Numbered from the stretch's first letter, positions 12,538 through 25,521 are shown. The stretch: DNA of 64,000 nt from Octopus sinensis (GCF_006345805.1 NC_043001.1:103912001-103976000), one strand, 5' to 3'. Numbers and translations: made by a program. The notes: generated from the sequence alone by a model not told the origin.

Positions 12538-14251
12538 GACAGTTATTAAAGAGTATTAAAGACAGTTCATGGATTTACCAAAGAAATAGATATGAGATTT
12601 GGATTAGAAAAATGCGCCAAAGTAACCATGAAAAGAGGAAAACTAGTTAAGAGTAGCAACATCACACTAGATAAAACCAATGAAATAAAAGAATTAGACC
12701 AAAGCCAAACTTACAAATACTTAGGAATCCATGAACTAGATAAGACACAACACACACAAATGAAAGAGAAAATAAAAAAGAATATTATAGACGAGTTAGA
12801 TCAATACTAAAAACAGAGCTCAATGCTTAAAACAAGATAATAGGTATTAACACTTTAGCTGTCCCAGTTATAAGTTACAGCTACAATATCCTTAACTGGA
12901 CACTAAATGAATTGACTAAAGTAGATAGGAAAACAAGAAAGATAATGACAGGATCTAGGATGCATCACCCAAAATCTAACATAGAAAGACTATATATACA
13001 ACGTATAGAAGGTTGTAGAGGCCTTATACAGCTGGAAAACTACTATAAAATAACCACCATAGGACTGCAAAAATATCTACTTCAGAAAGAAGGAAAACTG
13101 ATACAAATAGCGGCAAAACACGAGCAAAACAAAAAACTGTTCTCAGTATTTAAGGAAGCTGACAAATACAAACAAGAAATCATACCACCTAATAAATATG
13201 AAGAAGAAGAAGAAGAAGAAGAAAGAAGAAGAAGAAGAAGAAGAGAAGAAAGAAGAAGAAGAAGAAGAAGAAGAAGAAGAAGAAGAAGAAGAAGAAGAAG
13301 AAGAAGAAGAAGAAGAAACAACAAAAGCTATAAAACAAATGAAATCCAAACTAAAAATAGAACAGCAACGAACCATGATAAAACGATGGCAAGAAAAGCC
13401 CCTTCATGGTAAATACTGGACTAAACTAAACGCAAAAGAAATAGACAAAGAAAAACCCCAGCAATGGTTGAGAAGCTCAGGACTCAAAGCAGAGACAGAT
13501 GGATTTTTAATTGCAGCACAAGACCAAAGCTTCCCCACCAGAAATTACCAAAAACATGTAATGAAAAGAAATATAGCAAGTAACTGCAGAATATGTGGAG
13601 ATGGACAAGAAACAATAAATCATATTATCTCTAGCTGCCCAGTCCTGGCTAAGAAGAATATATTCACAGACATGACAGAGTTGGAACCTACATACATTGG
13701 AAGATATGCCAACATTATGGAATAACAACAGAAAAAAGATGGTATAGGCACACACCAGAAAAGGTCACAGAAAACGAGAAAGCAACCATACTCTGGGATA
13801 TGCCGATACCCACAGATAGAGAAATTAAGGCCAACAGACCAGATATAGTTGTCAGAGATCATGAAGACAAACAATGCTTTCTAATTGATGTATCAATACC
13901 GGCAGATGACAACGTGTCTCTAAAAGAAATGGAGAAACTCTCAAATTACAAAGACCTGGAAATAGAGGTAACCAGAATGTGGAATCTAAAAACAGAAACA
14001 ATTCCTATCATAGTAGGTTCATTAGGCATGATAAAAAAAATATTCAGACAAATACATAACAAAAACACCAGGACTTACAAACACATATAATATACAGAAA
14101 ATTGCACTACTAGGCACTGCACACATCCTACGCAGAACACTTTCCATACAATAACCATCAGGGCATCACAACAAATCACAGCACATACCTAAGGCACACA
14201 GAGCTGCGCTCGGTACTGAAGTGAAAGCACGCTATAAAAATTAAACTACTG
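12536..14251 (+). mobile_element. 5'-truncated R4/Dong-clade non-LTR retrotransposon (RT C-terminus, CCHC finger, RLE endonuclease), frameshifted
   Basis: MRFGLEKCAK...YKYLGIHE; ERLYIQRIEGCRGL; KPLHGKYW; KAETDGFLIAAQDQ; CRICGDGQETINHIISSCPVLA; HRHDRVG (alternate frame); NRPDIVVRD...FLIDVSIP..EKLSNYKDLEIE; QKIALLGTAHILRRTLS. Flanked on both sides by (AAT)n, the known target type of Dong. Confidence 0.9.
13200..13317 (+). repeat. (GAA)n expansion inside the LINE ORF
   Basis: 118-bp purine tract between TAT and ACA codons; its length shifts the frame by +1 (ORFs 12912-13412 and 13198-13725). Confidence 0.95.
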
Positions 14252-14258
14252 AATAATG

Positions 14259-14334
<76 letters not shown>

Positions 14335-14537
14335 CAGACAAATACATAACAAAAACACCAGGACTTACAAACACATATAACATACAGAGAATTGCACTAC
14401 TAGGCACTGCACACACCTACACAGAACACTTTCCATACAATAACCATCAGAGCATCACAACAAATCACAGCACATACCCAAGGCACACAGAGCTGCGCTC
14501 GGTAGTGAAGTGAAAGCACGCAATAAAAATAAAACTA

Positions 14538-14540
<3 letters not shown>
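14335..14540 (+). mobile_element. Second Dong-like copy, 3' terminal about 205 bp
   Basis: Repeats 14045-14251 with several substitutions; bounded by (AAT)n on both sides. Confidence 0.9.
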
Positions 14541-14598
<58 letters not shown>

Positions 14599-14609
14599 GT
14601 AATAATAAT

Positions 14610-15056
14610 TTTTCCCCGTGGTCTCGAATCCTGGTTTGATGTCCGGCGAAGAATATCCTTTTTCGTAAGTTTTGTTTAGTTTTGGTTGACAATTTTTCTA
14701 GAAAAGGTGTCTAGAAAAAACACTCCTCATTCATGGGTGAAAATGTCTAATAATGATTCTACAAATAACGACGTTGACAAGACTGAAACCAACGGTGGAA
14801 GTACTGGGCCCGGTATGGGATCTACTGCTCTGCAAGATAGACCCGACCGTCATAAAATGACTGCAAGGGGGTGTGGGATTAAAAAAATAAGATCCGTTGT
14901 GATTAAGTGTTATTACAGGCACTGCACACATCCTACGCAGAACACTTTCAATACAATAACCATCAGAGCATCACAACAAATCACAGCACATACCTAAGGC
15001 ACACAGAGCTGCGCTCGGTACTGAAGTGAAAGCACGCTATAAAAATTAAACTACTG
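14610..15056 (+). mobile_element. Internally deleted Dong-like element (5' 309 bp fused to 3' 140 bp)
   Basis: 14610-14918 matches the 5' end at 15099-15415; 14917-15056 matches the 3' end of 12536-14251; junction TATTAC-AG-GCACTG. Confidence 0.8.
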
Positions 15057-15063
15057 AATAATG

Positions 15064-15098
<35 letters not shown>

Positions 15099-15620
15099 TT
15101 TTCCCCATGGTCTCGAATCCTGGTATGATGTCCGGCGAAGAATATCCTTTTTCGTAAGTAGAAAGATCTCTTTAGTTTTGGTTGACAATTTTTCTAGAAA
15201 AGGTGACTAGAAAAAACACTCCTCATTCATGGGTGAAAATGTCTAATAATGATTCTACAAATAACGACGTTGACAAGACTGAAACCAACGGTGGAAGTAC
15301 TGGGCCCGATATGGGATCTACTGCTCTGCAAGATAGACCCGACCGTCATCAAATGACTGCAAGTGGGGTGTGGGATGAAAAAAATAAGATCCGTTGTGAT
15401 TAAGTGTTATTACAGAGCAACCCAGCTGATGAAAAATGCAATCCCAAATAGAGGATATGGACAGAGGATGTTCGGAGAATGGTCTGAGAGTGGTCTGTGT
15501 GAAACAACGGAGCAAAAACTGAGTGACCAAGCTAAAGCAATCTGCGAAAGCAATGGTTAACGCGTTAGAGCTGGAAGACATACGGAGGAGAATCAATGAA
15601 ATCCAAATTAAAGAATCAAC
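15099..15620 (+). mobile_element. 5' end of Dong/R4-like element (5' UTR and ORF N-terminus)
   Basis: Broken frames give KIRSVVIKCYYR, IPNRGYGQRMFGEWSESGLCETTEQKLSDQAKAI and LELEDIRRRI, the N-terminal motif seen in R4-clade ORFs; starts directly after (AAT)n. Confidence 0.7.
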
Positions 15621-15629
15621 TGAGGAAGA

Positions 15630-16130
15630 CAGAACTCATACTTCTGATTGAAGGTAGAAAGCCTAGATGTTACACATGTGAAAGCCATATGTGGAGTGTC
15701 TCTCAAGAGGAAAAGGTAGTGGAGAGCAGGCAAGAGTTGATGCAGCGACAATAGCGGGAAACACAGAAACCGTTATTCTCATAACATCACCTGTCGCATC
15801 TCCGAAGATTAAATTAGTTCGTACTCACATCCAAGATGCAATGCCAAGAAGAAGCAACGAGAAATAAAAACACCCCCGACTCCAGGACAAAGCTGATCCT
15901 TAGCCGCACATTTTGTGTTGCTACTCCATCATCTTGTACAGAAGGAAACAGATACTGGTTGGAGAGTATGAAATCCTATCAGGAAAAGCAAAATAGAAGA
16001 AATGAAGGTTAGAATAACGAAGCGCAAATCAAAGACGTGATTCTCTATTCTTAGAATCAATGACGAGGGTTTAGTGGATCTTTTGACCAGCATCAAAGAA
16101 GAAACGATCTGTTGAACGAAGGACGGGCAG
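15630..16130 (+). pseudogene. Possible LINE ORF1 (gag-like zinc knuckle) relic
   Basis: KTELILLIEGRKPRCYTCESH resembles the GR.P.CX2C knuckle of ORF1 proteins; the rest is degenerate. Confidence 0.3.
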
Positions 16131-16179
16131 AAAAAGAATATAGTTTTGAATCATTCATTTATAACATCATATAAGATAT

Positions 16180-16224
<45 letters not shown>

Positions 16225-16409
16225 ATATATATACATACATATATATATATATATGCATATATATATACATATTCATATATATATATATATATGTACTTTT
16301 TCAATGTGTACAAATAACAGAAAAAAATGAATAAATAGTTACATGGGTAGCAAAAATTCATATAAATACCATGGGTGTTACAGGATTTAGTGAAATATTT
16401 TTATATAAA

Positions 16410-16588
16410 ATAAATTAAGAAATGGAGTTAAACGCAGGTGTTATTCAAATCTTTATACTTCCGACATATGTTTCGAAGAAAACATTGGTATTATTCCTTC
16501 AGAAATAATATCAATGTTTCTTTGTAACATATGTCGGAAGTATAAAGATTTGAATAACACCTGCGATTTACTCGATTTCTTAATTTAT
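16410..16588. mobile_element. Fold-back element (about 85-bp arms) containing a degenerate hammerhead
   Basis: ATAAATTAAGAAATGGAGT...TTCCGACATATGTT mirrored by AACATATGTCGGAA...TTCTTAATTTAT. Minus strand reads CTGAAGG...TTCGAAACATATGTC (palindromic ACATATGT then C). The outer arm shares GAAATGGAGTT.AACG with 33207-33226. Confidence 0.75.
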
Positions 16589-16597
16589 ATATATATA

Positions 16598-16630
16598 CTA
16601 GCAGCTAAGCCCGGTTTCACCCAGTGTTTG
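16598..16630 (-). mobile_element. Helitron-like 3' terminus
   Basis: Minus strand ...CTGGGTGAAACCGGG-CTTAGCTG-CTAG/T abutting (TA)n; imperfect GC hairpin 8-9 nt before CTAG. No 5' end identified. Confidence 0.45.
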
Positions 16631-16973
16631 GATGATGTGGCTGTGATCGTTTTCGGTTAGGCATAATGTACAACAGCGTTTCTCAACCTTATCATTTTGA
16701 GTCCCCTGTTCCAATTGGAGCCTCCAGCTGTATGAAAATTTCCTGACTTCCCCACCCACTTGTCAGAAAACAGCTTCAGCAGTTGTGAAGAATGAATTTG
16801 TACGTAGTCTGTTTCTGAGAGCTATTCTGTTGGACCTCTGTCTAATCATTAAAACATTGATTTAATTATGAACATAGAAAGAAATTATACATTAATCCCT
16901 ATTTTTGTAAGCAGTTGTATCCGTAGAAATTTTATTTGCAGAGAGCAGAAATTGAAAGAAGATATATGAAATG

Positions 16974-17079
<106 letters not shown>

Positions 17080-17529
17080 CGTGTGCGTGTGCGTGTGCGT
17101 GTGCGTGCGTGCTTGCACGTGTGTATTTGTTTACGATAGTTGATTTATGGAAAAGATTGTGTTAAATTTTTGAAATGCAAATATGTGAATGATAATTAAG
17201 TTCAGACCTCTACATGGTAGCTAGACATGTTAGAAATAGCAGCCAAATATCACTCAAAATAACCTACTGTCTTAATCCGACAATTGTGCCTATTATGTAG
17301 TTTGGATGAGAAACTATAGCTAACGATAAAGATTATTAACCCCGGAAGAGGTGAAAGAAGAGAGACAACATAGCGAAAGTTTTGGCTGACTGCCATCCTG
17401 TACTCCCCTTGTTGTTAGCGAAATGGTATATGCCGATTCTGTGAGCAACTGGTTGTTTTAATGGCGGAACAAACAGGGGAATTCCATTAGAAAAAGTTTT
17501 AATCGATTTTCTCGGTAAGTATGGGGGCT

Positions 17530-18690
17530 AGGAAAAATACAAACCGCATTCCAATCTATGCACCTGTCTCCACCTGTGTGCCATTTTTGACGCGAATCCA
17601 CCCAGCCATTTGGCTGTGAACCACTAGACAAGAAAGAATACAACGATCGCCCATGTCCAATTTATGTTATAGATAATCTCCAAATTACGTTGTGAAGAAG
17701 ATGCCATAAGTTGAAAGCGTTTGACTGGTAGGATATTGGCTGAAAGAATGACCGCTATGGCTATTGCATGTATCCTGACCCAAACGGCAAGTCCAAGTAT
17801 AAATCCTTTTTTGACAAAGTCATTGCTTGCCCTAAAAGAAGAATTCAGTGTGTTGGCACCGATGATCGGACGTGAAAAGGAGTTATTGGGACAATGCAGA
17901 CGCTGAACTCAATACAAATGCAGAGGCCTTCTTCGACTTCTATTCTGGAAACGGGCTCTTCATTACGAACACGTTTTTCCAGCACAAAGATATCCATAAA
18001 GAGACACGGTATACGAATATTTTAGAATTGAGGTTACTGGTACCTTTTCCTATCGTCTTTGACCTCTTTGACTCTGTGCTGGACGGTCTTGTAAGGAGAG
18101 GGGCAGAGCAAGGAGAATTCACAAAACTGCTAAGTCCAGTCTGATTCACAGCATAAAGTGGAAAGCCCTGGTAGATGATGGGACTAGAAACATGCGTAGA
18201 CACTATTACATCCAAAATAAGAAACCTTCCTGAAGAAACGGAGGATGTCGAAAGGGACTGGAGACGGTATTGTTCGGCATTTTATTTTACTATTGTAAAT
18301 TGTTGTGGGCGAAAGCGGTTTGGGGTTGCAGCAAGCGGTAAAGAAATGTCCTCGCTTAACCAGAATGTTAAAAATGCTACTCGAGCAATGAAGGAAGCTT
18401 ACAAAACTGGGCTTTCGAACAAGTTTCTCTCTTTCGCTGGCGGTTCACGGAAGAGCAAATCGTTGCTGCAGAGAGGCTAAGTCATAGGAGGAGTCTGGGT
18501 TAAAACTGGACTCTGGTTTTAGATTGACCAATAAAGTACTTTGGCAGACCATCTTCTGACTTCGAAACAAGAGGCCCTCTTCCACTCCTGCCATTAAGAA
18601 CACAGCTGGCGTTCTTCTTTCTATTACACCCACGATCCTCTCTGGAATAGTAAGCGAAGATGGCTAGCAGGTTTGTGGGTATTGCAGCAC
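17530..18690 (+). pseudogene. RTE-clade LINE relic (APE endonuclease and linker), degraded
   Basis: IYAP; VGTDDRT*KGVIG; LNTNAEAFFDFYSGNGLFITNTFFQHKDIHK; EDVERDWRRY..CCGRKRFGVA; NKVLWQTI. Many stops and frameshifts. Confidence 0.7.
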
Positions 18691-19658
18691 AGCTTCTAGT
18701 AATGTTATTTTTTCCTTTAAAATGGATTTCCAGAAATATATTACTTTTAAAATTGCTTCTCACAGTTGAAGAACCAATTTCTATACTTTTCCAAACTCTG
18801 TAATAATATTGTCTTCATTCTCCCATTCTTAATTTCCAAAATCTGCAAATCTGAATCAGTAAGCTCCCATCAGTTGATTCTGTTGATTTCGATTTTCATT
18901 TTCTCACCAATTATTTTGTTTCTCTTTGTTTGCTTCTGTTTAAGTTACATTAATTCCGTTTCGTTTTTCATAGCCTTGTCATAGTTTTTTTTTTCTACTG
19001 ATCTCTTTCTTTATTTATAGTTTTGTGTAGTAATTTTCTTGGTTAGATCAGTGAGGTTGAGGTTAGCCTACACCCGTAAATCTCTTTGATTTCAATTTCG
19101 CAGCATGTTCCGAAGAGCGAATTTTCTGATGGTGAAATTTTATTCTATATATAAGCCATTTTGTGTTTCCTTTTGTTTTTCTTTCTTGGCATTTTTTTAG
19201 GGTAACAAATCTCGGAATATTATCACATGCATCTATAGACGATAATGTTTATTCTAAAACCTTTCTCAGAAGGATTACTTCGATATTTTTCCTATCTCTA
19301 CATTCTTACTGTCCTCTCTATTCATTTGTCTTTTTTCTTTTTCTGTTGCAAATCTGTGGAATTCGTTAGGCATAACGTTTAGGATGGATAATTTTCCACT
19401 AACGTCTTCAAGGTCTTTAAGGATTTTTTATTTGCTTCTATGCACGGATCTCTCTGCTTGCAATGGAAGTTTCGAAGATTTGTATGTTACAATATACTGA
19501 AAATACCTTCACAAAAATTACATCACGTAACAAATATAGAACAGACAAAATACGTAAAAATCAGAAATACGCCGATGGTTTTGATGTAATTAACAAACAA
19601 ACGTCATTTAATGCTTGAACATAATTTCAAAATACAATTTATAAAAAATATACATATA

Positions 19659-19829
19659 GGCGCAGGAGTGGCTGTGTGGTAAGTAGCTTGCTAACCAACC
19701 ACATGGTTCCGGGTTCAGTCCCACTGCGTGGCATCTTGGGCAAGTGTCTTCTGTTATAGCCCCGGGCAGACCAATGCCTTGTGAGTGGATTTGGTAGACG
19801 GAAACTGAAAGAAGCCTGTCGTATATATG

Positions 19830-19868
<39 letters not shown>

Positions 19869-20073
19869 TTGTGTGTCTGTGTTTGTCCCCCTAGCATTGC
19901 TTGACAACCGATGCTGGTGTGTTTACGTCTCCGTCACTTAGCGGTTCGGCCAAAGAGACCGATAGAATAAGTACTGGGCTTACAAAGAATAAGTCCCGGG
20001 TCGATTTGTTCGACTAAAGGCGGAGCTCCAGCATGGCCGCAGTCAAATGACTGAAACAAGTAAAAGAGTAAAG
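19659..20073 (+). mobile_element. SINE family A, full-length reference copy
   Basis: GGCGCAGGAGTGGCTGTGTGG (A-box-like), GGGTTCAGTCCC (B-box-like), internal (TA)/(TG) tract at about 19823-19866, tail AAGTAAAAGAGTAAAG. At least 8 homologous copies in the window. Confidence 0.9.
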
Positions 20074-20779
20074 GGTATAAATCGACTCACTTCATTCCTA
20101 CTTTGTCATTTTCAAAATACGTAAATATTTTTATGATGTTTCTTTAAATGTTTCACATAATTTCAAAGGTAATTAAGAACACAGTAAAGGAGAAATATTA
20201 TTCCTTTACCGAAATTCGGAAAGTTCAATGAGCTGCAACTCCTGTTGTTAACTGCTGATGAGTGCAAGCACAAGGGGACACACACACACTCGCACGCATA
20301 CACGTGCACGTGCGGTTTTAATTAGTTTATGCCCCCGTAACTTAGCGGTTCAACAAAATCGTGCGAAAGGAAAAATGCCAGGCTTAAAAGAATATAGATA
20401 TTGGGGTCGATTTATATGACTAAATCCTTGAAGGCTGTACCCCAGTCAAATGATTGAAACAACTAAATGATAAATGTATTTTTACATTTACCAATATGTT
20501 AGCTAAAGGAAATTTTCTGTGTATATGCTTGTCTAATTTGTTGACAGTGAATGGTACCTCCTGCACGGATTATTTGGCCAATCAAATGTTTTCAATAACC
20601 TATGCATATTGAAACATTCATTAAATTTTCGAGAAGCAAGAAAATTTATTATTAATTTCGAAAAAGCTTCTTTCTTTGGAATACATTTGGAACCATCCAA
20701 TAAATTGTTACCGCATTTCAGAAGCTTTGAAATCTTTTATGAGAGACATTTATTAATTTCTAAGAATGAAAAAAAACTC

Positions 20780-21560
20780 TAATCTCCCTCAAAGTAGAAT
20801 CCCCTGATTTCAATGCGCTTGTTGTAGCACCCTATTCACATATGAACGCCCCTAGGAAGTCCTGCAATGTGGAGCTCTTTCATATTCTTCAGTCTGGGGA
20901 ACAACCAAAATCACAGGGTGCAAGTTCTGGATTTTAGGGAGAGTAAGGGGTGGTTGTGATATCCATTGTCCTGGACTTGGGGCCACCGAACAAATGGCAG
21001 AGCACAAGACTTTGGTGAGGAAATCTTTTCCTGACATCCTTCAAAACCTTCACAAAGTACTCTTTGTTGATTGTCTGACTAGAGGGAACCCATTTAATAT
21101 AGATGATGCCCGAGCTGTATGTATGATGTATGCCAGGATGCTTCCATTAGGCACTCTGTCTCTTGTTCTTTGGATCATAACAGTAGATCCAGTAATTCTT
21201 ACAGGTCTCCAGAGACTCGAGTACTCATGGATTAAAAGTAATGAGCTCAACCATTTCCCTGCTGTCACCAATGCATCTTCCCTTCTGTTCGTCATTAAGC
21301 ACTCTGCAAACAAACTTTTCACAAATTTTTCGCATCTGCAGATTTTTTAAATAATTCTTTGAACAGTTGCCACACCAACTCCAAAAGAGTTTTCTCAATG
21401 GGTTCTAATGTCCTGACTTACCTTTTTGTGCCAGCAAAACTCTGGCGCATCTCGATCCATACAAGTTAATCCATGTTTGGAGCATTCCATGAGTATCTGT
21501 AGCGTTTTAGCTCAGATTAACACAAAATATTATTGCATAACGAGATTCAAAACTGTCTTC
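20780..21560 (-). pseudogene. Degraded mariner transposase relic
   Basis: Broken frames: ESRYAIIFCVNL..NATDTHGMLQT; VLNDEQKRRCIGDSREMVELI; WIYCYDPK.KRQS; INKEYFVKVL; YSP..PELAPCDF; YFEGD*. Confidence 0.75.
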
Positions 21561-22305
21561 ACGTCTGGACTGCATTCTGCCAATTAATCAGCCGTAACAA
21601 ACAGTGTTTAGTGGGTTGGATTCAAAGTGCTGTTACAGCTGTCTCTTTCAATCTGGAATAACAAAGCTTGGCAGGTCAACTTATCAGATGTATAGTAACG
21701 CTATACTAAAATTACAATAAACTAGGACACAGTTATAACTGCCTCTCCTAAAAATGTATCAAATCGACTGGAATACATCTCGCATCTCTAAAGATTTTGT
21801 TTTTATTTTGCTTCTAATAACTGTTTGTCTTTCGATAACTTCTTCAGGATTAGGTCTCAGTGGTTAAGTTTTAATGAATGTCTGCAAATATTCCTTTATT
21901 GTTTTGCTCAAAGAGTCGGATATATGGTATATCGCATTCTTATAGGAATAAGTGTGAACATTCTTATTTCGTTCTACAATGCTTTTGAAATCATATAAAA
22001 TAAATTCAAAGAAATTTGATAAAAAGATGAAATGATCTTGCGCAAATATCCAATTAGTGTTAAAACGGGAGATCTATGAATATTTTTGCTGGATATTGGA
22101 CTTTGAAATTGTGCGCAAATATTATATACAACCACATTACGAAATTAAGATTTTATTTTAGTTCTTTGGCGATGTGATCGTTTTGTGTGGATCTTTAAAT
22201 ATTCTCATCATAAACGTGCACACACACGTGCATGCATAAATGCATACAGATTAATTGATAGATGTGGATGTACTTATGTATATATATATAATATATATAT
22301 ATATA

Positions 22306-22814
22306 TATAACTGTATATAATATATATCATAATGATATTTATTCTCCGATTTTGAAGCAAAAGTTTTTAGGTATAAACAAATGACGAGCTCACCTCAGGC
22401 TAAATCGAACCCACAAACTAATGCTTTCATGGCTCCTTGCGAATTGGATTGGCCAAATGATTACCCATCAAGTTCAGTCAAATTTAGTTAATATATAATT
22501 AAACTGTCTTAATACTACATGAATAATATTTTTATAAACGAACCCAAAAGTCTTTGCGAGTTACTAACAGAAAGCGTCTATGGAAAGCTCATAGTATAAC
22601 AACTGTATATTTGTGGGTTCGATTCAGCCTGAGGTTAGCTCATCATTTTTCAGTCATTTGTTTATATTTAAAAATTGCCGCTTCAAAATCGGAGAATAAA
22701 TATCATTATAATATATATTATATACAGTTATTATACTATGAGCCTTCCATGGTAGCTTTCTCTCCGTAACTCGCAAAGCCTTTCGGGTTTTTTGTAAAAA
22801 TATTTTTATGTAGT
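22306..22814. repeat. Two interleaved inverted-repeat pairs (A-spacer-B-A'-B')
   Basis: A about 22306-22417 vs A' about 22610-22731; B about 22514-22609 vs B' about 22721-22814. Confidence 0.75.
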
Positions 22815-22822
22815 TATATATA

Positions 22823-22873
<51 letters not shown>

Positions 22874-23203
22874 GAAGTATATGGTTTCAACATTTCCTTC
22901 TATAGCCTTTTTTGACTGCAAATTCATTTTCACTATTTCGAAAATTTGCTTGAGCTGATCTTGTTGATTTTGTCCTTCTTGTTTCTTGTTAAATTACATA
23001 CATTCCCAAACGACTTCTAATTGCATGGATAATCTATCCTAAATTATTTCGTTTCCCACTAATCATTCTTTTCCTCTTATTTAGACTTTCTCCCGTTCTT
23101 TCATTCTCATCTAGTCTCTCTCCTACTCTCTCTTTCCTGATTCCTTTTCTCTCTTATTATCTTATTCAACTACTCTGCCATTACCTCTGAGGCAACACCA
23201 TTT

Positions 23204-23251
<48 letters not shown>

Positions 23252-24096
23252 TCATTTCCTTTTCTCTCTCTCTCTCTCTCATTTCCACTTCTCTCTTTCT
23301 CGCTCTCACCTTCTCATTCTCTCTTGCTCTTTATCGTTCTATCCGCCTCTCTTTTTTTCATCCTTTCCTCTCAATTTTCCATAAAACTTTTTTGTTTTTA
23401 CTCCTCTCTTTCCCGTCGTTCTTTCTCAATATCATTTTTGTTTTATATTTCACCTTTTGAATTCTTTTGTTCTCTTTTCTCTTCCTCCATTCTCATTCGA
23501 ACGCGTGTAATTATAAATAATCACCTGGCATGCATATTTAACACATTATCACTGCGCATATACATTATTTATGTACTAAATTTGATATTTTTGTGTGAAT
23601 TTAATGGGCAGTTTCGAAAACTATTCACGAAAATCCATCAAGGCGCATTGCCAGAAAAATCTATTTACCAAAGATCGTCTACGAATTGGAAATATTTTTG
23701 AAATTTGAATTCTTTTCATTAGAGTAGTTTGTGTAAAGTTTATATAGGATCGCTTCGATTAGTGAGACACAATATTCGATCCGATCGCTTCGTTTCCATT
23801 TTGTGATGACGCATTTTATAAAAAAAACACACTTTTTCTCTTAACAAAAAGAAAATAAAGAAAGACTATGATTTCACCCCCCCCCCCCTCATGAATGCAA
23901 TTATTAAAGTGAGGCACTTAGATTTAAGTTCGGTGGATATTTCAATATGAAATTACGAGCATACCTCACCTTACGTCGGTAATTGTTTCTAAGACATGCG
24001 ACTTAATTCGTAAAACGTAGTAACACGAAAATTGTATGATTAACAATTTATGAGCTTATAAGCGTTTTAATGACTGCTTTGTAATATATACGCCTG

Positions 24097-24490
24097 TGTG
24101 GAGGCGCAATGGCCCAGTGGTTAGGGCAGCGGACTAGCGGTCGTAGGATCGCGGTTTCGATTCCCAGACCAGGCGTTGTGAGAGTTTATTGAGTGAAAAC
24201 ACCAAAAGCTCCACGATGCTCCGGCAGGGGGTGGTGGCGAACCCTGCTGTACTCTTTCACCACAACTTTCTCTCACTCTTTCTTCCCGTTTCGGTTGTAC
24301 CTGTATTTCAAAGAACCAGCCTTGTCACACTGTGTGTCACGCTGAATCTCACGCTGAATCTCCCCGAGAATTACATTAAGGGTACACGTGACTGTGGAGT
24401 GCTCAGCCACTTGCACAATAATTTCACGAGCAGGCTGCTCCGTTGATCGGATCAACTGGAACCCTCGTCGTCGTAATCGACGGAGTGCCA
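24097..24490 (+). mobile_element. SINE family D, full length
   Basis: GGCGCAATGGCCCAGTGG (A-box-like), GGTTTCGATTCCC (B-box-like), internal 12-bp duplication CACGCTGAATCT, tail CGTCGTCGTAATCGACGGAGTGCCA. Confidence 0.85.
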
Positions 24491-25440
24491 CGATATACAC
24501 CAATATTAAGGCGGCAAACTGGCAAAATGGTAAACGCCATTTCATGCGTCTTTACGTTCAGAATTCAAACTCCACCGAGGACGGCTTTGCTTTTCATCCT
24601 TGCTGTATCTATGAACTAAGTACCAGCTGAGCACTAGGGGGTCGATGTAACATATTAACTCCGTTCTCCGAAACCAACATGAAACCAATATTTTAACATG
24701 TATTGTATTTGATTTCCCACTACAATATTGCTTTTATGTGCTTCTTTTCAAATTCTATGCTTTTTAAATATGTTCACTGAGAGCGATATAAAATGGGGTA
24801 AATCGACTGAAGCTGATGCCTTTTTTCTATTAATTTCTTAAAAAACATCAACATAAAGTCAAAAACATCTAAATCGAAAAGATGTAAGTTCAAGTATGCA
24901 TATAATTAAAATGTTTGGGGTTTTTTTTTTCTGTGTGTAATCCATTATGTCAATTTTTACGGTTTAAATTACATGAGCGATATTACTTGTGGAAAAATAC
25001 CTCTTCTTCATATGTAAACGTTTATATTAAATCCATATACTTCGCATCAACATTTTAAACACTTGTGTTGATCTTTACATCGTCAGAAAAGGAATTATTC
25101 CGTGGCATTGGAGTTCCTTGATTTTTGTATACCATAACCTCTTCAGTTTCGTAAAACATGTAACAGTCGGCTTAGCATTAAAATATACACAAGCCCACAA
25201 TGACTGTCCCTTTCGAAAATTTAGACCCTCAGGGACAAGTTTTGTACCTGTAAGATTATTTATTTGCTGTCAGTCTTTCATAAGTTCCAACGATTTCGGT
25301 TGGTAACTTTGGCAAAATGTAGTGATTCCGCCAAGCAATAAAATCTCTTTAATCAGGCCACAGTGTCATAAAATTTCTCTCACGGACATTTTGTTTTCTA
25401 CATTTGTACTTCAGAAAGTACATCAGTTTCATTATGTATG

Positions 25441-25521
<81 letters not shown>

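Noticed and set aside
14610-14740. Possible HDV-like ribozyme at the Dong 5' end
   Set aside because: R2/R4 elements can carry one, but I could not build P1-P3 pairing by eye; only a TTTTTCTAGA/TCTAGAAAAA hairpin is evident. It needs a descriptor search.
18720-19560. Possible further R4-like LINE relic on the minus strand
   Set aside because: Only scattered short similarities (FWK..WENED); too degraded to support without an alignment.
19659-19740. tRNA-like heads (also at 6330-6397, 7314-7400 and 24100-24170)
   Set aside because: They have A/B-box-like motifs but no complete cloverleaf, and each continues into a repeated SINE body, so they are not called as tRNA genes.
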